A stretch of 64,000 nt of DNA from Lachnospira sp. UBA3790. GTDB lineage: Bacteria; Bacillota; Clostridia; Lachnospirales; Lachnospiraceae. The translations under genes and the position numbers were made by a program. Positions 1 through 10,200 of this stretch are shown in pieces (position 1 is the first letter of the stretch; every line of letters starts with the position of its first letter). Where the stretch lies: positions 168,601-232,600 of the forward strand of contig DFEY01000002.1 in NCBI GenBank assembly GCA_002369135.1, written 5' to 3'. Under the pieces are notes generated by a model. It searched no databases. It was given only the letters and a program-made list of their open reading frames with translations, and had not been told where the DNA came from.

Positions 1-3000
1 TTAAAATCAGGATCATCCACTGATGGGAAGTTATATGGATTTCCAGGATCTACATAATCCGTCTTAATCGGATTTCCATCTGTATCTACAATAGTTACCT
101 TATAACCTGTTATAGATGTTACATAAATATCATCTGTAAAGTCATCATAAGGAACCTGCTCGCCTGGTCTGTAAATTTTTGAATCATCATAGTTATCTTG
201 ATAACCGATAACACCTTCTACTGTAGGGAATGTATATGTATCATTCTCCATAATAGGCTCATCGTTATCTGGCGTTGTACTACCATCGATAAATACGTTA
301 TATCCAACTGCCTCAAATTCCCAAGAAATATCATTGATAGTTGTTCCCTGTGGGAATTCACTAAAATCAAATTGTACGAAATCTTCGCTTGTAGTGAAGT
401 AATCATTATATACGAATTCGATACCACCTGTTTTCTTGTAATCTGAATTTACAATATATGGGTCTGTGTTTCTTCCGCTCTTCTTAGCTTGAAGTGTTCC
501 GTTTAGTAAGTTTAGTCCCTCTCCAACAGGATATCTAAACCACTGATTACTATCATAACCCTGTCTAACCATTATTAGACCTTTGCCCTGAGCTGTGGCC
601 TCAGTAGAGTTAATATAGAATCTTAGTATATAGTGATTTCCATTCTCTAAGTAGTTACCATTTGTATCTGGTCTAGCATAGAAGTAATCATTTGGTATAC
701 GCAAGTGGTTAGCCCACTGATTATCAAATGAATAGTTATCTGGACCATTTGAATATGCTGTAGAATCTAGTCTGATACCCATCTTAGCAATATCATCTAC
801 TCCATCAGGATTCTGATTTGCTAAGTAACTCATTCTACCATTGTCATACTCAGACCATAGAGCTTGATTATAACCAAATGAGTTTGTATAAGCTTCTAGT
901 ATAGGATTCTGATCTGAATCTTTTACTAGCTGGTCATAGTTCTGATGTTCTTCATCTCTACTATCTGTAACAAGAGTCCAGCCATCTTTGTCCTGTCTTG
1001 TGAATGAAATCTCATGATTTGCAATGATTGTTCCCTCTGGCAAATATTCGCCATCCATTTCTACGTCCGTCTCACCTGTCTCTTCGTTATACACATAGGT
1101 AGTAGGTGTTAAGAACATTGTTAAATTTAAATCATCCTTTTCAGGAAGATATGTGAATATTTTCTTAAACTCAACATGATATAGTCCATCTGACTCATCG
1201 TACATATCATCTGTAATATCAATTCTTGTTAGTTTAGTTGGTGTATAACCTTCGTGGTTGATATGTAGTGTTCCCTTCTCTGTAGAAGTGAATGTATATG
1301 TCATGTAGTAGTTTGTATATTCTTCTAGTTCTTGATAAGCGTCTTCATTTGTAAGTTTAACTTGTGCACATGCTGGATCCCATCTTTCACCAGCACCAAT
1401 CTTAACCTTAAGTGGGTCATATGGATCTGATAAGTCATTGTCATAATAAAGCGCTGCTCCGTGACCTTCCCACATGCCTGCGAATAGATTCCAAGTATGT
1501 GTAACTTCACCTGAAGGTGTTAATTCAGAATCATAAGTTACTGGAATATCAACACCATCTTCATCATTGTCAGTCACTCTCATCCAATTTCCAGGTGCCT
1601 GTGTAAAGCTGATATTTGAAACCTGGAATAGTGAGCCTTTCTCTAATAGATCAACGTTAAATTCTAGGTTTGGATAAACATCTGAATAATCAAATGAATC
1701 AATAGCTATTGTATTTTCACCTGGCTCTAATGTAACAACATGTACTTCACCATTCAAGATATATCTTAATTTTGGTGTGTACTGTGCTGATGGAGAAGTA
1801 GGTGCTGTATAGTTAATAACCATTGAACCTGAATAAGTTCTTCCGTCAACTAAGTTGTTTTTCAAATAGTTTGGCAATGAAGCACTATTCCACCACCACC
1901 ATGCGTCTGGATCTTCTTGATCTACTGCAGGTGTAACTGTGTCGTCATCGTGTGCTGGGTTGTCAATTCTCATTGTTGTTGAGCCAACTAATGAAGCAGT
2001 GCCATCAATTGCATAACTCATCTGACCCCATGTAGAGTCTCCATTATTCTGAACTTTAATGTTCCATGGTGTACCTTCTGGTACAAATCCGCCTTCAACG
2101 TTAGGAGTAACTGGTTCAAAGTTATCTGCTCTAACGAAATCAATACTCTTAGCCTGGAGAATACCACCCTTGTCTAATAGATCAAGGTTAAACTCAACTG
2201 ATGGATAATTAGGATCATATGCGAATCCTTCAGCGCCACCAATATTAATAGTATTTTCTCCCTCTACTAAATCTATAACTGTAACGTTTCCGTTTTCAAT
2301 CATTCTTAACTGAGGAGTATCATACTCACCTGCCCCTGATTTACCAGTTGGTCTTGTATAATCGAAAACAATAGTTCCTTTATACTTGTATCCTTCTTCC
2401 AATCCAGCAACATCTTTCAAGTAATTGATAAGACTAGCTGAATTCCACCACCACCATTTAGTAGGGTCTGACTGATCAATTCCCTCTGACTCATCATCAT
2501 GCGCTGGTGTGTCTACTCTAAATGTAGTAGTTGTTGGGTCTGAGGCTGGTGTATCCTGAATGTAGCTTATAGCTCCCCAAGTAGTTGCACCATCATTCTG
2601 CGCTTCAAATGTCCAAGGTGAATTTGGATCTGTCTTAAATTTTACATTCTTAGTAATTGGAATGAAGCTATCTGCTGGCTCAAGATTAATTTCAGTCACG
2701 CGAATAACTCCACCCTTTTCTAATAGGTCTAAGTTAAATTCAATATCATTTGCTGTTCCTTCATATAGGAAATCATCTATTGTAATAGTGTTTGAACCCT
2801 CTTGAAGGTTATTCACCATAGGAGTTCCACCAAAGATAGTTCTCAAAACTGGTGAATATGAAGTACCTGCTGAAGTGTATTCAACCTTCATAGTTCCTTT
2901 GTAGAATTTACCTTCTGTCAATCCAGCATCTGCTAGATATCCAGGTAATTTAGCAGAATTCCACCACCACCATGCTGATGGATCATCTTGATCTACATTC

Positions 3001-3830
3001 TCTGATGCATCATCATGCGCTGGCGTATCTACTCTTAAATATGTAGAAGCAACATCTGAAGGTGTGCCTTCTACTTTATAACTCATCTTGCCCCATAGGT
3101 CAGTTCCGTTGTACTGTGTCTTAACAGTCCATGGAGTACCTTCTGGTGTAAATGTTCCATCATCACCCATAATGCATGGCTCAAAGTTATCAGCTCTCTC
3201 TAGTGTAAAGTCAGATATAGTTACAGTGTGTGGAATTGCCATTCCACCCCAGCCTGAATAATTTGACTTAACACCGATACCAAAATGGAAAACAAGTGGA
3301 TTATCTTCCTCTGGCATAATTTCAGCATCTTCGATAACTAACTGATTGTTAGTCTTAGTAGCATCATAATGCTTTTCAACCATAGCTGGTGCTTCACCAT
3401 TCTTTACCCATACCTGCAAAGCAGTTTTAGCAGTTTTTGTACTTTCATAATCCATAGTTAGATTAAGTTTGTACTTAACACCTGGCTGTGGTTTTACCAT
3501 TTGGCCATTTTCGTTAACACAGTTAAGATTTTTCAAATCAACAGTCTCAAACCAAATAGCCTCACCTGAAGCTGTAGTGTTCCAAGTAAAACCTTCTATT
3601 TGGTCACCATTTTTGTACTGTGCTTTTGGAGCTTGTCCTCCACAGTAATCCCAAATGCCTTGTCCGTCTCCTACTGTAGTCTTGTCAGTCATATAATGAC
3701 CCCAATCCAAAGTAGCATCGAACCATCCTTCGTCTGCCGCACTAACTGTTGCTGGGCTGTACGTAATGCCAGTAAAGGCAAACGCTACCGCACAAAGAAT
3801 AGCTAGCGCTTTTCTCAATTGCTTCTTCAT
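1..3830 (-). CDS. Large secreted repeat protein, paralog of 4265..17398; 3' end lies outside the window (>1276 aa)
   Basis: Missing from the ORF track because it has no stop in the window. ATG at 3830 with RBS GAGGAG, signal peptide MKKQLRKALAILCAVAFAFTGITYSPATVSAA, and the frame is still open at base 1 (...YVDPGNPYNFPSVDDPDF). It has 3 Trp-rich repeats (PWT..WG.M.Y..WWWNSA), then the same core domain as the 4377-aa protein (KVKIGAGERWDPACAQVKL), then short Y..IDG...YTFP repeats. Confidence 0.9.
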   Translation of the reverse strand, partial: MKKQLRKALAILCAVAFAFTGITYSPATVSAADEGWFDATLDWGHYMTDKTTVGDGQGIWDYCGGQAPKAQYKNGDQIEGFTWNTTASGEAIWFETVDLKNLNCVNENGQMVKPQPGVKYKLNLTMDYESTKTAKTALQVWVKNGEAPAMVEKHYDATKTNNQLVIEDAEIMPEEDNPLVFHFGIGVKSNYSGWGGMAIPHTVTISDFTLERADNFEPCIMGDDGTFTPEGTPWTVKTQYNGTDLWGKMSYKVEGTPSDVASTYLRVDTPAHDDASENVDQDDPSAWWWWNSAKLPGYLADAGLTEGKFYKGTMKVEYTSAGTSYSPVLRTIFGGTPMVNNLQEGSNTITIDDFLYEGTANDIEFNLDLLEKGGVIRVTEINLEPADSFIPITKNVKFKTDPNSPWTFEAQNDGATTWGAISYIQDTPASDPTTTTFRVDTPAHDDESEGIDQSDPTKWWWWNSASLINYLKDVAGLEEGYKYKGTIVFDYTRPTGKSGAGEYDTPQLRMIENGNVTVIDLVEGENTINIGGAEGFAYDPNYPSVEFNLDLLDKGGILQAKSIDFVRADNFEPVTPNVEGGFVPEGTPWNIKVQNNGDSTWGQMSYAIDGTASLVGSTTMRIDNPAHDDDTVTPAVDQEDPDAWWWWNSASLPNYLKNNLVDGRTYSGSMVINYTAPTSPSAQYTPKLRYILNGEVHVVTLEPGENTIAIDSFDYSDVYPNLEFNVDLLEKGSLFQVSNISFTQAPGNWMRVTDNDEDGVDIPVTYDSELTPSGEVTHTWNLFAGMWEGHGAALYYDNDLSDPYDPLKVKIGAGERWDPACAQVKLTNEDAYQELEEYTNYYMTYTFTSTEKGTLHINHEGYTPTKLTRIDITDDMYDESDGLYHVEFKKIFTYLPEKDDLNLTMFLTPTTYVYNEETGETDVEMDGEYLPEGTIIANHEISFTRQDKDGWTLVTDSRDEEHQNYDQLVKDSDQNPILEAYTNSFGYNQALWSEYDNGRMSYLANQNPDGVDDIAKMGIRLDSTAYSNGPDNYSFDNQWANHLRIPNDYFYARPDTNGNYLENGNHYILRFYINSTEATAQGKGLIMVRQGYDSNQWFRYPVGEGLNLLNGTLQAKKSGRNTDPYIVNSDYKKTGGIEFVYNDYFTTSEDFVQFDFSEFPQGTTINDISWEFEAVGYNVFIDGSTTPDNDEPIMENDTYTFPTVEGVIGYQDNYDDSKIYRPGEQVPYDDFTDDIYVTSITGYKVTIVDTDGNPIKTDYVDPGNPYNFPSVDDPDF

Positions 3831-4047
3831 TTGTTTTTCTCCTCTCGTTAATGAAAAAATACGTTAGTAATATAAGATGGCATAATGACATAAAGACAGT
3901 TATTCCATCTTAGTACAATAATTATATAAAGTATTTATATTTTATTAAAGTGTATACATTCAAAACGGTATCATTTTTTGAGTGGGGTGTTGTTTTATAT
4001 TTAATTTTTATTTGCTAAATAATTCCATGCTTATCCCTAAGCATAAA

Positions 4048-4079
4048 AATAACCCCCGGACTTTCGTCCGAGGGTTATT
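4048..4079 (-). terminator. Intrinsic terminator after the giant gene and peptide gene
   Basis: Minus strand AATAACCCTCGGAC-GAAA-GTCCGGGGGTTATT followed by TTT; 14-bp stem with one G:U pair and a GNRA loop. Confidence 0.85.
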
Positions 4080-4105
4080 GAACTTAACTTGTTTGATCTA
4101 TTATT

Positions 4106-4252
4106 CTAGTACCAATCTGACCAATCGTCGTCATCATCATTAGCTGCTGTAGGCTTTCCAGGATCTTCAGATGGTGATGGACTAGTTTTGATAACATCTA
4201 AAATGTCAAACTCTTTAAAGTCCACTTCTGGTTTAATATATAAATCTTTCAT
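4106..4252 (-). CDS. 48-aa acidic peptide MKDLYIKPEVDFKEFDILDVIKTSPSPSEDPGKPTAANDDDDDWSDWY (below the ORF-track length cutoff)
   Basis: ATG at 4252 and TAG at 4106-4108. RBS AGGAGG overlaps the TAG of the giant gene. It lies between that gene and its terminator. Confidence 0.85.
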   Translation of the reverse strand: MKDLYIKPEVDFKEFDILDVIKTSPSPSEDPGKPTAANDDDDDWSDWY

Positions 4253-4264
4253 GTCTCTACCCTC

Positions 4265-7200
4265 CTATTCTTCCTCGTAATCCTTACAGTAGTCAACGAT
4301 TTCTTTCTTCCAACTAGCTAATTTATCATAAGCTGTCTTGTCATTGAATACCTGAGTTGCAATCCATTTAACGCTACGTGGAGTAGTCGTATCACTGTAT
4401 ACAACTTGTGATTCACCATCTACATAGTTAACAATCACATATCCCCTTGATAAGAAGTTTCTAGGAATATTGTAATCTTTAATATCAACTATACCACAAG
4501 CGAATGATCCAGGTTGACCTGTAATCCATTTTCTTGTCTTCTCAGAATTGTTCTGTGCATTGATTAAGTAATCGTACATTTCTGCCTTCTCGATTGTCAT
4601 ATCTTCACCTAGAAGGTCATAGTATGTATCCTCTGCACATATTAGCATACCTGTCTGGAATGCATCTGAACTCAATATATTTGTATCACTTTCTTCGTTA
4701 ACTGTCAACTTACCTAGGAATCTCATACCTCTCTGGTCTTCACCTTGCTTGTAGTACATTGAAACCTTATCAGTCTGTTGCATGTTAACTTCGTTGATTG
4801 AAATGAAGTTTACATTTCTATTCACTGTGTACTCAGCACCTGGTTTGTAGAGATCATCTGTCACTCCTTGTCCCTCACCATCAGTGTACTCTAGTAGGTA
4901 ACCGATAGCTGCTGTATCAGGAAGTGTAATCTTTGTTCCTGCAGGAACTGTGCCACCAGGATTTCCATCTACTGTCCATGTATAATCTGGAACATTAACT
5001 GTTTCAAGATATAGATCTGCCTGGATGTTTGGAATAGTCGCACCTGGAGCATATTCTGTCTGAGTAGCTGTGTCAATAAACTTAGTTACTCCTGGCATAT
5101 CTGTTGGAGTAGTATATCCTGCTCCCTCATCAACTGTTCCTTGCTGTTGTACACCATCAATGTAAACATTGAACGCTCTTTCAATCTTGTAATCCTTATT
5201 ACCATCTACTGTAATAGTTGCTGTAGGAACGTATGTACCTGTAGTACCGTTGATACCTGTAAAGTCCTTAATGTGATCAACCTGGCCAACTGTTGTTGGG
5301 AATGTGTATGTGCTTCCAAGTTTCATTTCATCGGACTTCAATTCTGTCTGTCCATCTGTATTGTAAATCTTAACTAGATATACAGATGTAACTGAAATGT
5401 CGTCATTTACTGTGTAACCTGTACCTGTTTGGTACTTAGTACCAGTACCATCAACAAAGTAAATTGCGTCGTTGTAAGCAGTTGATGTTGGGAATGTGTA
5501 TGTATCTCCATCGTATACTGTAGCAACATCTACTCCATCAATTGTAATTGTGTGCTGAGGTACCATTTCAATCTGGAATGTCATACTCTTATCAACACCA
5601 CTAATTGTACCCTCTGGATTATATGTCTCTGTTGTTCCTTCAATTCCCTTGAAGTCTTGAACATGAGCATATGTTCCTGTAGCTGCTGGGAATGTAAAGT
5701 TATCACCCTTAGCAACATCAAATGTATCTAGTACTGTTTCTCCATCAGTTCCAACGATTGTTACTGTGTAAACTGATTTTACTGAGATATCTCCTGTAGG
5801 AGTCACTGTCTCTTCAGGGTCGTATGTATCTGTTGGGTCACTTACGTTTGCGAAGTGAGTAACTCCAGCATAATCTCCAGTAGCTGCTGGGAATGTGTAT
5901 GAATTTCCTTCAGTAACTGAATCAACTAGTTCTCCATCAATTGTTATAGTGTAAGTTCCCGCTGCTCTAGTAGCTTTAATAACAATATCACCAACAACAT
6001 CAATTTCATCACCTGGCTGTACTGGTTGATCATTGTATGTGTAAGATGCAATACCAGGAACATTAGGCACTGTATACTTGTCGCCAGTTTGTACGCTTAC
6101 TGGTCCTGCATATACTGTTGTTGGATCAGTAGCATCCACAACCTTAGCTGTGTAATTTCTAATCGCTGTTACGTAAATATCTCCATCAAAGTCAGCAAAT
6201 GGTATTGTATCACCTGGTTCATAATATACACCATTCGCCTCATCGTAGTACTTAATTACTCCAGTCTCTACTGGGAATGTGTATGTTTCACCTTCTACCA
6301 CGCTGCCGTCTTCTACATCATCTATAAATACTTTGTACTGTGGTGCGTAGAACTCCCAACTAATGTCAGTAATCTTAGCACCCGATGGCAAGTCACTAAA
6401 GTCAAATTGTACATGACCTAGGAATTCATTGCCTTGTACTGTAGGATCTATAGTTCTAATAGCATCGTCGTATACAAAGTCAATACCGCCATCTTTTGCA
6501 TAATCTTCATCACTGTGGCTATTGTATCCACTCTTAGTGTTGATAGTTCCGTTAGCCATATTTAGTCCACTGTGACTTGGATATCTATGTGGTTCTCCAA
6601 ATCCCTGCTGAACTAGGACAATACCCTTGCCCTGGCCAATTGATCCTTCAGCCTCACTTAGATCTACATTATAGTAGAATCTTAACTTGTAGTGGTTACC
6701 TGTCTTAAGTGGATTTCCATTTGTATCTGTTCCCACTGTTGTGATGTCTCCACCTGCATCTCTATTACCATAGAAGTAATCGTTAGGTATACGCAAGTGT
6801 TCTGCCCATCTAGTGTCTGATTCCGGACCAAAGTCTCCGTTTGTCTCATCAAGTCTGATGCTTGCTTGTGCAATAGCATCTTCGCCTGCTGCATAAACGC
6901 CGTTCTGGTAACTCATCCATCCATTGAAGTATGAGTTAGTGTATCCAAGTAGGACACCCTTTCCTAAAGTAGCGTTTGAAACAATAGGTGTGTAATCCTG
7001 ATGTCCGTCAAATCTACAATCATTAACTAGTGTGTAAACTTCTTCATCAGTTCTCTGATATTCTACCTTGAAGTTTGACAATACTGTACCAAGTGGTAAT
7101 GCTGTACCATCTTGTACTACAGTTCCACCATCTGCATATGTAGTAGGTGTCAAGCTCAAATATAGGTTATTAGGTTCAGTTGATCCTGGTCTGTAGTCTG

Positions 7201-10200
7201 TCTCTGGACATCTTGTAAATTTCTTCTGATATTTAACGTGATATAGTCCGTCGCTCTCATCATACATATCAGCTGTAACATCTATTCTCTCTGGTCTATT
7301 TGGTTCATATCCTTCGTGAGTAATATGAACTGTACCCATCTCAGTAGATGTGAACTCATATGTCATGTAGTAACTTGTATAATCACTTAGTTCTTTGTAT
7401 GCCTCTGTTGGGTTAGGTAGCTTAATCTGAGCACATGCTGGATCCCATCTTTCACCAGCACCTATTCTAACCTTAGGCTGACCTGCTGCAGTAAAGTCTG
7501 GGTCGTAGTATAGAACTGCTCCAGCTCCGCCCCATTGTCCTGCGAATATCTGCCAATCACGAGTACCAGAAACTGTTCTTCCCATTGTACCGTCCACATT
7601 TCTGAACTGGTATGAGAATGGTACATTAGTAATCTCGAACTGGTTGTCTGCAGGTCTGTTATCAGGTACTGCTACCCAGTTACCATCCTTAGTGAATGTA
7701 ATATCTGTAACTCTGAAGTTAGCACCTGTTGGTAGTTCGTCAAGTAAGAACTTAACATCGTTTGTTCCTCCATTATCTTCGCCCTTGAAGATGAATGCTG
7801 GAATTTCAAGTGTATTTTCTCCCTGAGTTAGTGGGAATCCATACTCTTCACCATCTACGTAAACATATAGTTTAGCATTTGGTGCTGTAGTTTCTGTAAT
7901 CTCTAATGTGATTGATCCTGTGTATGTCATCCATGGTTCTAGATCTGCGTTGTAGTCCATCAATGATGCTGATGTCCACCACCATCTATTCTCTGGAGTA
8001 ACAGGATCTCCATGCTCGTCAGTTTCCTGCTGTCCTACTGTGTTCTTTAAGTTGATTAAAGTACTTCCAATATTTGAAGTAGGTGTACCGTCTACCTGAT
8101 ACATTAACTTACCATACTGACCTGTATTTGGATCGTTGATAGCTTTCAATGTCCAAGGTGTGCCTGTTGGTGTAAAGTCTGTATCGTTAGGTACGTTTTC
8201 AAAATCACCATCCTGGTTAGTGAATGTAACACTTGAAACTGATAGTGAACTTCCCTTAGTTAATCCGTCTAGGAAGAATGTTACATCATCATCACTGCCA
8301 GTATACTCGAACGTATCTGTAGTGTATGAGCCAGTAGGTGTAGTTCCAACGTCAATAATTGAAGCGTTGTTATCAATTGCTACCTTCAATTCATCACCAG
8401 CAGCTCCTGATTTACCTGGAGCATCATCGTAATCATATACGATTGTAGCTGTGTATGAATGTCCAACTTCCATATTGTTCTTAGCGTAATCCTCAAGGAT
8501 TGCTAAGTTCCAGTCGTACTCTCCGCCTGGATTATTAACTCTCATCTTTGTGCTACCGATAGCTGCTGGATCACCAACAATATCGTAGTACATACTTCCC
8601 CAAGTAGTTGCACCATCATTGATTGGTTTCAATGTCCATGGTGTGCCTGTTGGGTTAAATCCTGCTGCACTTATAGGTACTTCATCCCATCCTGTTGGAG
8701 TGAATGTAATATCTGTTACCTGGAAGATTGAGCCCTTCTCCAATGAATCAAGTTCGAACATGATGTCATTCTTTCCAGCCTCAACTTCATAAGTGAACTT
8801 AGGAATGTCAATTGTGTATGTATTTGTTCCATTATTTAGGTTCAAGTTAGCTTCACCAGTATTAGCTGCTTCAATGATGTATCTTAGCTGTGGAGTCTTA
8901 CCTGCTTCAGCCTCACCTGCTGTGTAGCTTAATGTGATAGTGGCTGTGTACTCTCTACCATCTACTAGGTTAGCTAAGTAACCTTCTAGTGATGCTGTGT
9001 TCCAGTAGTAGTGGTTACCCATTGCTGTGTTGATAGGCTTAATCTGAACGCTTGATACGCCAGTGCCTGTCTTCTTGTATCTCATGTGACCCCAAGCTGT
9101 GCTGCCATCATTGTTAGCTGTGATTGTCCATGGGTCAGCGTCTACTTCGTCGCCCTTCACGTTAATCCAATCAGCATCCTGTTTTGTAAATGTGATTGAA
9201 GCAACATTGAAGATTGAACCTTTTTCTAATCCAGTAAGTTCGAATAAAATATCGTCTTCGCCCTTAGCTGCATCGTATACAAACTCATCAATTGCGATTG
9301 TGTTTGTACCATTTGTTAATGTTGTATCTTTCTCTCCGTCAAATGCTCCAGCGATTACAGTTCTAAGTTCAGGAGTCTTTCCTGGTGTAGCTTCGCCTGA
9401 AGTATAGTTAACAACGATACTTCCTGTGTATGAGCATCCGTCTTCTAATGTAGCTAAGTAATCTTTAAGTGTTGCTGTGTTCCAGTAGAAGTGCTCGCCT
9501 TCTGCTGCAGTGTTAAGCTTAATAGATGTGCTTGCTACGTCTGATGCTGTACCGTCAACCTTAACTGACATATCACCCCATTGCTGCTGGCCATCATTTG
9601 TAGCTACAAGTGTCCATGGAGTGTTGTTGCCCTGTGAATCTGTTGGTACAACTTCGTCGTTCTGTTCAATTCTCTCCCATCCAGTTGGCTCGAATGTAAT
9701 ATCTGTTACCTGGAAGATTGATTGTTTCTCTAGTCCGTCTAGTTCAAATTCAATGTCATCGTTTCCTGCACTTGCATCATAGATGAATTTGCCAAGATCG
9801 ATTGTGTATGTCTTTGAACCTTCGTCTAGATCTAAGTTACCTTCACCAGTATTAGCTGCAGCTACGATATATCTCAACTGTGGAGTCTTACCTGCTTCAG
9901 CCTGTCCTGCTGTGTACTGAACTGTAATTGTTCCTTCGTATTCTTTGCCGTTCTCTAAGTTAGCTGTATCACTTAAGTAATCTAGTAACTTAGCATTGTT
10001 CCAGTAGAAGTGCTCTCCTACTGCTGTGTTAATAGGCTTAATCTCAACACTTGATACTCCAGTACCTGTCTGTTTGTATCTCATGTGACCCCATTGAGTA
10101 ACGCCATCATAGTTGGCTGTCAATGTCCATGGGTCTGGGTTAGCTTCATCGCCCTTAACGTTTGTCCAGTCAGCATCCTGTTTTGTAAATGTGATGCCTG

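Noticed and set aside
4106-4252. Lasso peptide / RiPP biosynthetic cluster
   Set aside because: The leader resembles YxxPxL precursors, but there is no cyclase, RRE, B2 peptidase, radical SAM enzyme or dedicated transporter in the window, and the putative core begins with Pro.
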